Source of the DNA: Callorhinchus milii
Taxonomy: Eukaryota
Direction: 5' to 3'
NCBI RefSeq assembly: GCF_018977255.1
Contig: NW_024704743.1
Span: 71,798,001-71,862,000, forward strand
DNA length: 64,000 bases
Shown: positions 1 through 12,517 of the stretch, one piece after another
Layout: every line of letters starts with the position of its first letter
Position numbering within the stretch: the stretch's first letter is position 1
The notes under the pieces: model-generated
Told to the model about the DNA's origin: nothing
The model's database searches: none
What the model saw: the letters and a program-made list of their open reading frames with translations, nothing else
Translations under genes and position numbers: made by a program

Positions 1-111
1 TGCATTACATTAATATATCCAATCCACATGACAGCAGGTAAATACTGTGTTGTCCAAGTGCAAGCTTTATTTGAAATGCCAATGAAAGGTGTATTTGATT
101 TTTTCCCCCAG

Positions 112-262
112 GAACTGACTGGCTCCACCTTGCCTCCTATCTTGAACAGGATAGAGACGAGGCAAACCCCTCCAACATTTAACAGGACAAATACATTTAC
201 TGTTGGATTTCAGAGCATTGTAGATGCTTATGGAGTAGGAAACTATCGAGAAGTTAATCCAG
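112..262 (+). CDS. ATP6V0A4: V-ATPase a subunit (a4-like), internal coding exon (first in window)
   Basis: ccccag| ... |gtaaag; 151 bp; [50 protein letters not shown], with the PPTFNRTN...FQxIVDAYG...YRExNP motif of V0 a-subunits. Upstream exons lie outside the window. Confidence 0.93.
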
Positions 263-369
263 GTAAAGTGCTTAGTAACTGTGCTGTCATTTCAACCTTT
301 GGTTGTGTTTAGCTCTAATCTTTTATCCATTTATGTTTTATTACCACTTGGATTGGAATGTTTTATTTC

Positions 370-930
370 TCTCCCTTACTGAATGAATTGACATTTCTGA
401 AGTATGGTTCTAGGGGACTAGTAGCCCTACAGCACTTCACCCCAGTGACTATTATTTTTGTGTCAGCCCAGACATTGGTGGTTGTCAAGCTAATCAGGCA
501 TGGAGGATATTCATAGAATCATAGAATATTACTGTGGAAGAGCTACCCATTCAATCCCACTCACCAGCTGTTTCCCCATATCCTTGGAATTCTTTCTTTT
601 TCAGTTACCTATCCAATCCCTTTTGAAAGTTGTTATTGAATCTGTTTCCACCACCCTTTCAGGCAATGCATTCCAGACAGATATTGCAGCCAAGTTTGAT
701 CCAATTCAGTATGTTCTCACCCTCCGAGATCCATAAACTACACTTCCCAGCAGAGAGCACGCTGAATACCTGAACTGAATAATGATCAGTAGCTGGAACC
801 CAGGGACTTCCCCCTCCACCCAACATGCACACCAAGTCCTGGAGTATTCATGCCAATTGTGGTATCCCAGCTGAGATCAGTTAGCTTTTCACAGACCAGG
901 AATGAGACATGGATTTCTGGTCTATGCGAC
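370..930 (-). mobile_element. Ancient AmnSINE2-like SINE, split by a CR1 3' fragment (~510-680)
   Basis: - strand CCCTGGTCTGTG..GCTAACTGATCTCAGCTGGG..CACAATTGGC..GGGTTCCAGCTACTGATC..CTGCTGGGAAGTG resembles the AmnSINE2 consensus as recalled; homologous to 2870-3260. Confidence 0.55.
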
Positions 931-1632
931 TGTTTATTGAACAACCACATTTTTTTTTCTGGAGCAGACTGTCAGAGCCTTCTGCATCATTTCAATGACT
1001 AACCAACTTGACATAAGCAAAAGCTTAAATCTACCTGTCAAACACTGTTGGTTTGGGAATTTATTTTTGAAGGCAACACTGTAGAGGTAATATTTTTTAA
1101 CTCCCACATTAAATGCTGTGTCACTTGCTACAGTCCAAATCAATCATTAGTCAATCTATCATTCTGATCTCCAATTCCAGTTCTAGCCAATTCTAACATT
1201 GTTTTCTAAAGATGGCAATATTTTACCATATATTTGGCATATATGCAGGCTTTAATCTTACTGATTCAACTGAATCGGTCTCCCTTTCCTATGTTTACTC
1301 CAATTCCTCAGATAAAACATTGCTGTTTGCAAATTGGCTGCTGCATTCGATTACAAGAAATACAGTCACTACACTTTATAATAATTCCTTTGAAGTGTTC
1401 TCCCAATGTGAAAAGCACTAAATCATATGCAAGAATTAGTACTGCTCTATTTTCACAATGAGTAATTTATCTGTTGGGTAATGTACAATTAGCCTGATCT
1501 GTCCTGTATACCTGCAGATGTGGTATTTCAACGTAAACAGGAACTGCAGGGGAGATGACATGCTTAATGGTGCTCAAGTCTGAACAACAAAAGTTCTGCA
1601 TGTTCCATTTTAGCAGGGCTTCATATTCATTT

Positions 1633-1943
1633 TGTGAAGTCCTGTAGCTCAGTGGTTAGAGCCCTCGCCTTGCAAGCGAGACAGCTGGGTTCAATTCCAG
1701 GCAGGGAGAAACCTTGGGCAAGTTTCCTTACTCCACACGCCTAATAATAATCCCTCCAAAACAAAGAACAATAATAAATTGGTCATTTTCAATCCACGAC
1801 TGTTTGTGGGACACTGCTGTGCACAACTGGCTGCCGCGTTTCATCCACAAATATACAGTCAATTCACTTTACAGCATATTCTGTGAGACATCAAGAAGAC
1901 GTGAAAAGCGCTATATCAAATGCAAGGATTATTATTATTATTA
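1633..1943 (+). mobile_element. tRNA(Ala-like)-headed SINE, short form, (ATT)n tail
   Basis: A box TAGCTCAGTGG, stem-loop CTCGC-CTTGCAA-GCGAG, B box GGTTCAATTCC, body shared with many copies, tail ...GCTATATCAAATGCAAGG(ATT)n. Confidence 0.9.
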
Positions 1944-2295
1944 CAAACACATCCTTTATTTGGGATCAGGATTCACAAAGAAAGGGAACAGAGCGATCCT
2001 TTTCATATAAACCTTGAATATTCTCTTGCTAAGATTTGTAACCGGTTACCTAAATGAAACGCCCAATGGATTAAAAGCATTAATGAGACAGTAATGACAT
2101 TTTCAAAATTATGGATTGTTTTCATAGAGTGAATAAAGAGACTATTTCCACTGCAGTTCAGTAACCAGAGGAAACCAAAAGAAAAAAAGGGGGAAGTTTT
2201 AAGGAATTTCTTTACACAAAGAATTGTTAGAATGAAGAATTCCTCACCACAAATGCCTAATTGGATAAATACGTAAGAATAAAATAATAAAACAT

Positions 2296-2359
2296 ATGGG
2301 AAAAGAACAGAAGAATGGGGAAAGAACAGGGGAATGGGAAAAGAACAGGGGAATGGGAA
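2296..2359. repeat. 19-bp tandem repeat x3.4 (ATGGGAAAAGAACAGGGGA) within a CR1 3' remnant
   Basis: Units start at 2296, 2315, 2334 and 2353. Confidence 0.8.
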
Positions 2360-2869
2360 TACCTTCAGTGGAGGAGCTTGTGTTAGCACAAACACAACAG
2401 GCTGAATGGTTTCCATCTGTCCTGTAACCTTGCTGTGTTGTGCAGGATGGGTATTATAATTCCTCCATTTACTGACTTAAATTGAGAGACATTGATGTAT
2501 TACCTTGTTGACTTTTTTTTTAAGAAGTTCTGGTTTGGGAGCTACGTGGCCTCTGTTGCTGGGTTGGACTGGTTTCAACTCCAGTGCAGGCCTATGATCA
2601 TCTGACAAAGGCTGCAGCTGTTGTTGAATTACACACAAAGACCAGTTTATCTCATCCAAGAGGTCAATGCCCTGCCCTGTTGGACTCTCCACGGAATAGC
2701 CCCAACTATTCCACTAACATAGATCATGCTAATCACAGCAGTAGCCCTCTGACTCAAAGCCATGATTAGACCTGTTTTATCTCTGCAAACAAGGCATTCA
2801 GAAAGAACATAAGAATGTTTGTAAATCTTGCTCTTCTGATGACTCAATTAGTAAATCTATTTCTTATTC

Positions 2870-3260
2870 TGAAACCCAGAAGATCCTTGCTTTAGCTTTT
2901 GGTCTGAACCAGTTGGTCTGGGCAGCATTGGGGACATTATAATTGGCCTTCCAATCCTATCCCTTGAACTAGGGATAGGAAAACCAGTTAGTGTTCTTAT
3001 TTCTGCTCCAATGACACAAGCTGGAAAGTGTGTGTGTGCACTTGCACATCAATGTGGTTATTATGTGAGGACAGGATTGAACTCATCTGGAATGACCTCT
3101 GCAGATGGACAGTGTGCCAACACTCACTGTTTGAGCTCATGAAGACTGTCCATTTGGGTGATGTACTGGGAGGTAACCAGCATCTCGCAGGAAGCTGATG
3201 TGTAAAACAACAAAGAGTTGCAGCCCTATGAAGGAAAGAGAGAGGGATAAAGGAGTAGAC
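2870..3260 (+). mobile_element. Ancient AmnSINE2-like SINE
   Basis: GGGCAGCATTGGGG..ATAATTGGCCT..GCTGGAAAGTGTGTG..GTGAGGACAGGATT..CAACACTCACTGT..CCATTTGGGTGATGTAC are collinear with the recalled consensus and with the 370-930 copy. Confidence 0.55.
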
Positions 3261-5994
3261 TCCTGCTCCCTCTGCTGGCTTTCCCCCATTCTTTGTCTTT
3301 GCCCCCATTTTGCCCCTCCCACCCAGGACCATTTTTATTCATTGCAGAAGGCAGTCAGAGAAACCATGAATTCCTAGGGTTGTACATTCAAAATGTACTT
3401 TTAAACTCATATTCTTCTGATATCTGTGGACAGGACAGGAACAACATTCCACTTTAGATCATCTAATTATACAAATATTGTTGGTAGCAAAACCTTTACA
3501 TCTGGTCAACATAACTTTCCAAGTACCGCAGCTAACTAAGCATTCTCTAGCTTCAGAGTTCATGGTCTCATTCTTCCATAAACTGTTCCCAGAGGACATT
3601 GTCTGGTTGATCCTTCCTGTTTCATTTCTGTTTCTTATCTCTCTGTCTTTTGCTGCCTCTTGTTTCACTGACCGAGTCCAATTACTATCTATTGTCACTG
3701 TCTGCACTGGAGGTGACTATCATTGACAAGAAGACCTACAAAGGTTTTCTTACAGCACATAAGCTGATGTCATATTTATACTGTGCTGTATTGGAGTGCC
3801 CTAAATTTCTCAGTGTAAATTCTCACATGCAAATTTATTTCATTTGTGATTTTAATCAGCCCCGATCTCCTTTGATGTTCCGGAAAGATCCATTAAAGCG
3901 AACAATGTGATAATTGCACTGCCAGACAGTGCAGGCAAATGGAAAGCTTACATTGCCCTTAGGCAACATCATCAGATGTACCAAGTACAGAGGTGCTCCT
4001 TACTTTGTTCCTCCCACGTCGCTGGCACTGGAAGTGTAGAGAAAGACAATGCAATGTGGTACTCTGAATCTCTGGAGGCAGCAACCTTAGTTTTCCACAC
4101 ACAAAAGCAGTCAACCACACCATCATTGGCTGTTGTGCAGGGTAGTGGTGACATTATAACTGAATCATTCCCAACCTGGGAGTGAGAACAGCGAGAAGAG
4201 ACATGCTTCAATTTTGCTGCAGTCATGTCACACATCAGTGACATTGGTGTCATTTATGCCATCTGTTTGGCAAGGAAAGAGAAAAAGCCATCTCTCCGAC
4301 AACAATGCCCTTTCCAGGAGCTATGCAATTTGAAATTTATTTTATGAGATATTATGTTATGTGAAAACAATAGTACAGAAAATTACTCTCACTATTGTAT
4401 CTCCTTTCAAAGGAAAAGCTCATTCATCTGAAGAGGAAAGCGGCAAAGTATGTCGATTAATGTGAGGACACTGTTGGTGTTGTAACGTTCCTCCCAGTTT
4501 TAGAAATCAAACTGGCTGACAGGATTTGTTAACTGCTCTCTGTGTTCTGACATCTTAGGCCCTATTAATTCAGTTGAAAGAAAGCTCAAGATGAGCATTG
4601 TGTTGCCAATTCCCTGGTGGCCCAATGTATTAGTGCACTGGCACACTGCGCTACAGCTGGTGGAATCTGGCTTATAGCCTTTCAGTTTCCCACAGTGTGT
4701 AGCTACTGTAGTGAAAATCAAGTAAGCATCAGTTCAACAGCATTCACAACATGCAAGCAGCTTTTGATCTCCCTTCCTCTAAAACAATGGAAATAATGCA
4801 CCTTCTCTGTGGTCTATAATATGTTTTTTCTTTAATTATATACTTCAGCGACAAAATGTAATTAGAAAATTTTAAATTTGTTCAAATGGAACAAAGGTAC
4901 TCAGTCATTGCGGCATCTGGGAGTGTTCACAGAGAATGTACTTACCTTATTGACTTTACTACAATACCCAGCTCCACACCATGTTGGGGCTGAAAAATTA
5001 CTCAATTTGACTGTTCTGCACGCATGCAGCTCAGTGCATCCACAGAACACCGAAAGTGTCTGTTACCCTTTTAATGTTAAGTCTGCTCTTTTTCAAATAA
5101 AAATGCAGTGATATTCAAGGAAAGAATGTTCAATTGCTACCCTTTATGAGAAGCCAGATTTTCTTTAATTTGACATGAGAGTACAAAAATTAAATTGGAG
5201 GCTGGTGATATTTACCCTGGGAAACGTCAACAGAAACACAGAGACTTCCAAAGGAGCCCTCACAGCACACTGTTTTATAGAATTAACTTTGCCACAATGT
5301 CAAGCATTTTCTGACAGTCCCCAAGTAATCATAGAAGTCTGCTGACAAATTGAATAAGGCCTGAATTGCTGTCTGGTAGGAAACAGTGAATGGAAAGAAA
5401 TAATAGTGTTTGCTTTTGTTTCTTATACTATGGAGATGCATTAACAAGCTGCTATGCAAAATCAGTTCCACTATAAATCCTGATAGAACACATTCAATTT
5501 AAACTAGCAATCCTTTATAGAACCTCCAGTCACAAAAACTCACATTAGAAAAATTGTACGTGACTGAAAGGAATCCATCAATTGCTGGATTTGTAATTAA
5601 ATAACAGAGTGAAACAGAATTGAAGAACCACGTAAAATAGGGTGTTCGAAGGCTTGTACTTCAGATTAGCAAATGGTAATTTAGTGATAGCTGATAGCTG
5701 AATGCGTGGGTTTCAGCCTTTCTCTGTCACATTTTTTCCTTTGATTATTTTGTTTCTAAAATAACTTCACACTTATAAATAGCTGGTGAAGTGTGTCAGT
5801 TTCACGTGTTATTTGTAAAATGCATGAATATGCCTGAGAGAAGCCAAATAATTAATTGGTAATGCAGAACATCTTCTGGCCATTACATTCCCTGATCTAG
5901 CAGCTAAGAGTACTGTCAAAGGATGTAAATTAGTACATTTTATAACGTTTTCAATGTGATAACCCCAATATTTATTGCTAATTCACCCCCAACA

Positions 5995-6360
5995 CTATGT
6001 CAGTGACAGTATAGGTATGGATATCACTAGTTATGTTATGTCAATGTAACTATCAATATCAGCATTTCTGTCAATGTCGTTATCAGTATTGATGTCGATA
6101 TCAGTATATGGGTAAGTTCTAGTTCCTATGTTAGTATGTGTCCTATGTGTCTGTAGCATGTGTACTTGCATCTGTTTCATTGCTGGTGTTTATGTTATTA
6201 TCAGCACTATTGTCAATGTGAGTGTCAGTTGCAAGTGGCATTATCAATACTTATATCAGTACCTGTTATCAGTTTCAGTAGTATTGATCGCGTCTGTACC
6301 TGTCTTAATGCTAAGGATTATACCTATACAGCTATACACTAGTTACTGTGTCACTATCAG
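5995..6360. repeat. Degenerate low-complexity tandem repeat (TATCAG/TGTCAG-like)
   Basis: Recurrent 6-mers; produces a spurious V/S/I-rich ORF. Confidence 0.65.
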
Positions 6361-9217
6361 AATTCTGCAGCCCATGTTCTCTCCCACGCCAGGCTCCACA
6401 AGCCTAGCACCCCCATCCTTGATCGGCTCCACCGGCTCCTCCAGTGGATCAAATTCAAGATCTTCATTCTCACTTTCAAACCCCTCCACAGTCTTGCCCC
6501 ACCCAACCTCTCTGACCTCAACTCAACGGCGCAGATTGTATCATTTCAGTGGTCTATTAGATTCTTTAGGCACGTGATGAAAAAGCCATGACAAGTGATT
6601 GGAGCTGAGTTTGGAGAGTCCTCATGCCCTGTTGTATTGCAGGATATTTCAGAACCTGCTTTAAATACAATGAATTCTCAAATAGCTTGAGGCTGCTGAT
6701 GCTGGGATCCTGCCATTTACACTGTGAGTACACTAGAATCAAAGGCTCTGGATCATGCAGTCATTTCCATCTTGTGAGACCCAATGTCTTTTTGGGAGCT
6801 GCGGAAAAGTTTTATCATCAAAGAAGAAATAAATAAAACAAGAATGTGATAGAAATCACTAGAGGTCAAAAAACATCTGAAGAATTGAGCTGCTCGGACC
6901 TAGATGCAGCACAGAGCAGAGCAATGAGGATGATCCCCAATGTTAGAGGAATGAATATGAGCAATGATAACACAGCTAGGGCTCTTCAATCTTGAAAATA
7001 CCCTGAGTCAGAAACTGTGGGTTCAAGCACCTCATTCAATCTTTGAATTCCGAATCTAGACCAATACTCCAATACAATGCTGGAATACGCTGCATTATGG
7101 GTAGGTGCGATCCTTGGGACGAAACATTAAACTGAGATCCTGATGTTTGTACTAGATTGCGTGTGCAAAAAGATTGCCGGAGTTGCAAACAGAGATTACA
7201 CTTCACAGTAAAATCCTGTGAAGCGCTTTGGGCCATCTCAACGCTAAAGGATTATTATATATTCTTATTAGAAATAATGAATGGAACAGGGTACCAGGAA
7301 GGGTAGTTGAGGATATGACACTGGACTTATTTAAAAAACAGCTTGCTCCTGTAATGGCATGATGTTAGGGTGGGTGTTCTGGAGGATGAGAAGGGCCTAT
7401 TTCTTCCATACCAATCTTGTGAAGAGTCACATGCTACCATTGTTACTGTTCTCTTTCAGGTGCATATTGACCTACTGTCCATTTCCAGACATATTTAGCA
7501 ACAGTAAATATCTTTGGCAGTCAGCACATATGGCAGTAACAGAGAGAGACAACTACTGTAACTTGCTAGCCTGGATATTGGTGCCTCCAAAGTTCCAAGC
7601 CCAAAGGCAAAGTGGCTTTCAATGCCAGTACTATAATACAAGTGCTTAACAAACTCTCTATCACAACAATCAAGTGGCAGATATAAAAAAGAATTACTGT
7701 GAATGACAAAATCTGAAAACAGAATATGGTGGAAACACATAAAAGATAAAACAGCATCTTAAGAAGAGGCACAGCCTAACTTTAAGTTACTTTCTCTTTC
7801 AGAAGCTTATTGATCTGCTGTCCATTTCTAGACTTGTCTGGTTTTATTTTAGCAGCAGTTAATGTTCTTTGGCTAAGTTCTTTTTCCGCTAGCGACTAGT
7901 GAGTCAGTGCATCATAATGGTTTGCTGTACACTTGTAAACTGACTAGTTCTAACTTGTGGTATTTCTTGACAGATTTCTTAAAAAGCAATGTGCAATTAT
8001 CATATTTCTAAAACATTAAATGTGCATCCTTTGGCACATAAGAGGTCCTAGCTGTTAATTATACATTTCTGAGAATAAATATTGCAAATTAAACCACAGT
8101 GTTAATGGGTACATCATTTGAAATCAGTCAGTCTGAATCATTAAAAAAAAACATTGGATGGTCCAGAAGCTATTAGTGTTCTAATCTTCTAATGTAAACC
8201 CTGACTAATTAATTATGTACTATAATCATAGTCCTTGCATTTGATAGAGCATCGTGTTACATTGTCAAAACATCACAAAGCGCTTCACAGGATTTTACTG
8301 ACTGTACCTTGTAGATGAATGCAGCAGCCAGTGTGCATGCTGCAATGTTCTACAAACAGTCATGAAGCGAATGACCAGTTTCATCTGGAGGATTGTTGGC
8401 CAGGAGACACTTTTCTTTTCAAGCAGTTCCATGGGTTCTTTAACAACCATCCAAACAGGCAAACTGGAGTTTGGTTTCATATCTCATCTGAACGACAACG
8501 TTTTATCCTTTAATATTTCTGTAACTTTGTCTCAATGAAGACAACATTTTCAGTGGTTTCTGCCTTTTTTTAATAAAGGGTCACTTCATAAGTTAGTTGA
8601 AAGCTCACATTTGTGAGTTAAACACAANTTTTTTTTCTGCACAACTGCAATGCAGTTTCTCATTTTGTTCCAGACAGCTATAGGTGCAGTGGAGCAAGAT
8701 AGTTAGTGTTTCTTCTACCAGGACGGAATGTTTCACTGTATGAGGTATGCCATCTTGTGGTGTGCCAGAAAATTTAGTTAACTCAATCCAGGTGCATCAA
8801 CCAGCTTCAGGTCTCAGGTACTCTGGACACTTGAGGTTATGGCCACTTGGAATGAATGCCGGTGTTGTCTAACATCAAGTTCTGGGTGATCCACTGGTCA
8901 TTCTAACTGGACAATTGGATCTCGTAATTGTGTTGTGTAAACCATTTTTATATTGTGTGTCAGCTTGGCTCAGTTGGTAGCATACTCACCTCTAAGTTAG
9001 AAGATTTAGGTTCAAGCCTCACGGCGGGACTTGGATCTCACATAGTCTAAACTGTCACGCTAATATATTGCTGCGTTTTTGGAGGCGCCGTCCTCCAGGT
9101 GAGACTTTAAACTATAGTCCTGTCTGCCTGTTCAGGTAGATGTTAAAGATTCCATGGCACTATATGAAAAGAAAAGGGAGTTTCTCCTGGTGTCCTGGCC
9201 AACAATGGCCCAAATAA

Positions 9218-9497
9218 GAACAAAACACAAAATATTGCAGATGCTGGAATCTGAAATAAAAACAGAGAGAGCTGGGAACACTCAGCAGGTCAGGCAGCAT
9301 CTATGGAGAAAGGAAAGTGAGTCAACGTTTCAGGTCCACGACCCTTCGTCAGAACGGGACAAAAGAATACGGGGCTATATTTTCAAATCAATTGAGTTCT
9401 GATGAAGGGTCGTGGCCCCGAAACGTTGACTCACTTTCCTTTCTTCATAGATGCTGCCTGACCTGCTGAGTTTTTCCAGCTCTCTCTGTTTTTGTTT
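9218..9497. mobile_element. Penelope-like element remnant (inverted terminal-repeat arrangement) with 15-bp target-site duplication
   Basis: ~103-bp inverted arms 9253-9355 / 9396-9498; flanked by direct repeat CAATGGCCCAAATAA (9203-9217, 9498-9512); contains hammerhead cores typical of PLE terminal repeats. Confidence 0.8.
9393..9433 (+). ncRNA. Minimal type I hammerhead ribozyme motif
   Basis: UGAGUU-CUGAUGA-AGGGUCGUGGCCCC-GAAA-C-GUU-GACUCA: 6-bp helix I (UGAGUU/GACUCA, one G-U pair), both core boxes, helix II GGG/CCC, vestigial helix III, predicted cleavage after 9427. Confidence 0.72.
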
Positions 9498-10266
9498 CAA
9501 TGGCCCAAATAAAGTTGATCATTCACTCCATGCCCATTTATGGGACATTTGCAGTGCGTAAATTGGCTGCCACATTTTGCCCACAAAATACACAGTCACA
9601 CCACTTTATAATATATCCTGTGAAGCACTTTGGGACATCCTCTTGACATGAACAATGCTATACCAAGATTTTTTTATCATTATTATCTGTTTTCAAGACT
9701 GAAAAGTGTTAGCTTGGCTAATTGTTGCTTATAGTTCATTCCTCTAATACTGGGGATCATTCCCATTGCTCACCTCCGTACTGCATCTAGGGCCTCAGCA
9801 GAGTCTGTTGAAAGGGCAAGTAAATGGGATTGAAAGGATTGCTGTTAAAAGAGCCAGCACAGACATGATGGCCGAATAGACTTTTTCTGTGCTATAAACA
9901 TCTTTGGTTCTTGGTGGAGTTTGACCAGAAACTAAATAGCTTCGTATAGCTTTTGAGGATCAGAATTCAATTGATTTGACAATATAATCCCATATTCTTT
10001 TGTCCTGTTCTGTGCTGTCATGAACTGTTTGATATGGTCTGAGTAATCCAAAGATTGTTGGTGGTTGACAGGCCTGTCTGGCTCATCAATAGGGCTTGAA
10101 GGCATAGGCCTGAACTCTATGAGCCAAAGTGCTAACAGGTAAAGTGGTCTTACCTGGAAAGGGAACTGTGTTGCAGTCATCAAACATACGTCGATACACC
10201 TTTGAATATTATGATGATTAAAACTTTTCATGCACTGAAGCTGTTTTTTTTCTTTCCACTGTGAAG

Positions 10267-10406
10267 CCCCTTATAGCATTGTCACGTTCCCCTTTGTTTT
10301 TGCCGTCATGTTTGGTGATTGTGGTCATGGGCTAATCATGACCGTGTTGTCTCTGGGGATGGTCCTGTACAAAAACCTACACAGTAATAAAAAGATGGAC
10401 AATGAG
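10267..10406 (+). CDS. ATP6V0A4: V-ATPase a4 exon (first TM region)
   Basis: gaag| ... |gtaagc; 140 bp; (A)PYSIVTFPFVFAVMFGDCGHGLIMTVLSLGMVLYKNLHSNKKMDNE. GDCGHG is the a4-type motif as I recall it; phase matches the previous exon. Confidence 0.92.
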
Positions 10407-10736
10407 GTAAGCTACTGTACCTTAACCTGACAATTTGTTAAAGGCAAAAAAGTATGGTATTGCAGAATAACCAACAGCCACACTATGATGTGGAGAGAAA
10501 GCATTTCTAAATGCCTGGTGTTTCAAATAGTGTTAAACCGCTTTTGTCAGTCTATATTAATTCTAGTCATTGTAAGTGGTTTATTGATTGTGATATTGGT
10601 TTGAAGAGATATTTTATATTATTTGAAACAAATCTGGTTTATATATGTAAAAAATCTATTACTGAGTGCAATTTATCTTTGAAATTTGACCCTGGTATTA
10701 TGATGGTTGGGTTGAAACAATCTTTTATTTATTTAG

Positions 10737-10897
10737 ATATTAAGTACTTTGTTACACGGACGCTTCATTATCCTGCTGATGGGACTCTTTTCGATCTACA
10801 CTGGCCTCGTATACAATGACTGCTTCTCCAAAGCTTTCAATCTTTTTGGATCAGCCTGGAATGTCACAGCTATGTTCCAGCCAAATGGTCCTTGGAA
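10737..10897 (+). CDS. ATP6V0A4: V-ATPase a4 exon
   Basis: atttag| ... |gtgagt; 161 bp; [53 protein letters not shown]. Confidence 0.93.
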
Positions 10898-12214
10898 GTG
10901 AGTTTGCTTTCCTATGTGACATGCCCTACGCTCTTAAAATACTTTTACACAGTATTTTTATTAAGCCTTTTTTTCCCCTCAGTAATTTTCTCCCCTCCCT
11001 TCTTCTTCTGAACGTCTTTGGCCTCTTCTTTTCCCTTTTGCTGGTCCGGTACCACAGATATTTGCTGATGTCTTATCACATATGAATAATGGCCACTATT
11101 CATATGTGATCCTTGATAGTGAGTCTCAGCAAGCTTTTTGACCACAGTCAAGCTCAATGCTATCCTCTCCCATCATCTGTGCGCACTGTTCAGTTTTGTA
11201 GCCTATATTGGATAGTGATCAGGTATAGAGAGTGTTGATTATTTTATTCTCTAACCTGGAGTGTTGAGTCCAATTTTAGGGCTCCTTAATTTGATCAGGA
11301 AATCCTGCAGAATCTGGGCACTAAACCTGTTATAATAATAATCTGGGCATTCAACCTGTGACTCTGTTACAATACATCTCTTTGTAGCCTGATTCAGTTA
11401 CAAATGCAGTTGCAGTGTGCCGTTTCATCCACAAAATATACAGTCAATTCACTTTACAGTATATTCTGTGAAACACTTTGAGACGTCTCGAAGATTTGAT
11501 AAGGCACTATATCAAATGCAAGGATTATTATTTTTATTAGGAACTGTCTTGGGTGGCAACGTAATGTCCTAGAAGTTGGCCATTTAGCTTCCTGTGCACC
11601 AAAAATCATATGAATTTTTAGCTCATCAGATCACTGCAGACATTACTTCTTGCTTTGCAAATAAGCAGTGCACAGGAAATGGCATCAGCAGTGACGTGAT
11701 AACCTGGAAGTTCACTATTTTTTAGCATGAGAACTGGCCAGTGTGTGGGAGGTGTACTGGACAGCTGTGCACATGCAAAGTGAAAACAGCTATCACAGAC
11801 CTATTATAGCACTTGAAATCTTATACCCCAACCACCTCCTTATAATGGAGCTTCACTGTAGCTTCTTGGGTGTAAGAATTACTCACTGAATGATATGCTG
11901 AACCATCAGGGAAGCTTTCCGCTAAGTTCTTTAAGTGTTCTTTAACATATCCTAGAAACACAAAATGTGAATTTATTCAAAAGTTGTTGGAAATATATAT
12001 TATTGTATTATATGTGTATATATAGTGTTATTACAAATATTTTCAAAGGATTCCTTATTAAGCTTTCCTAAAATTAAATATAAGTGCAGTTCTGTATTGG
12101 GCAACTTCTGTATACACACAAGTTATATTACTTGGCTCAGCTAATGCTTTTTTTTAACAGTCATAATGCCAGGTTTTCAATCTGATAACATTGATCTCTA
12201 CCATTTGTTCTCAG

Positions 12215-12308
12215 TAACCATATATTACACAAGTCAGCAACACTGCAGTTAGATCCTGCAGTACCTGGTGTGTTTTCAGGAAAACCCTATCCCTTTGGCA
12301 TTGATCCA
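12215..12308 (+). CDS. ATP6V0A4: V-ATPase a4 exon (luminal loop)
   Basis: tctcag| ... |gtaagt; 94 bp; (N)NHILHKSATLQLDPAVPGVFSGKPYPFGIDP. Confidence 0.92.
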
Positions 12309-12398
12309 GTAAGTGCTAGTAAACTATTGTTCTCTGTATTAACAATCAACATATTCCTTATGACCTGGATCTACTGACATTCTCTATTTTATGCTCAG

Positions 12399-12517
12399 AT
12401 TTGGAACATTGCAGTAAACAAGCTAACATTCCTGAACTCCTACAAAATGAAGATGTCCGTCATCATGGGTGTCATTCACATGATGTTTGGAGTCACGCTG
12501 AGCTTATTCAATTACAT
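12399..12517 (+). CDS. ATP6V0A4: V-ATPase a4 exon
   Basis: gctcag| ... |gtgagt after a 90-bp intron; 119 bp; [39 protein letters not shown]. Confidence 0.94.

Larger units (their letters stand above)
8957..9685 (+). mobile_element. Deu-domain (SacSINE1/AmnSINE1-type) SINE interrupted by the Penelope-like insertion
   Basis: Head GTCAGCTTGGCTCAGTTGGTAGCA...GGTTCAAGCC; central GGAGGCGCCGTCC...TTAAAGATTCCATGGCACTAT...TCTCCTGGTGTCCTGGCCAA resembles the Deu consensus as recalled. Confidence 0.72.

Noticed and set aside
1636..1710. tRNA-Ala(TGC) gene; likewise at 34204 and 61003
   Set aside because: Poor acceptor stem and runs straight into a SINE body and (ATT)n tail, so these are SINE heads.
3128..3225. 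Apparent antisense exon (strong polypyrimidine acceptor, GTGAGT donor), possibly joined to 2504-2782
   Set aside because: Lies within the AmnSINE2-like copy, whose purine-rich tail supplies the tract; translations match nothing I recognise. Exonisation cannot be excluded without RNA data.
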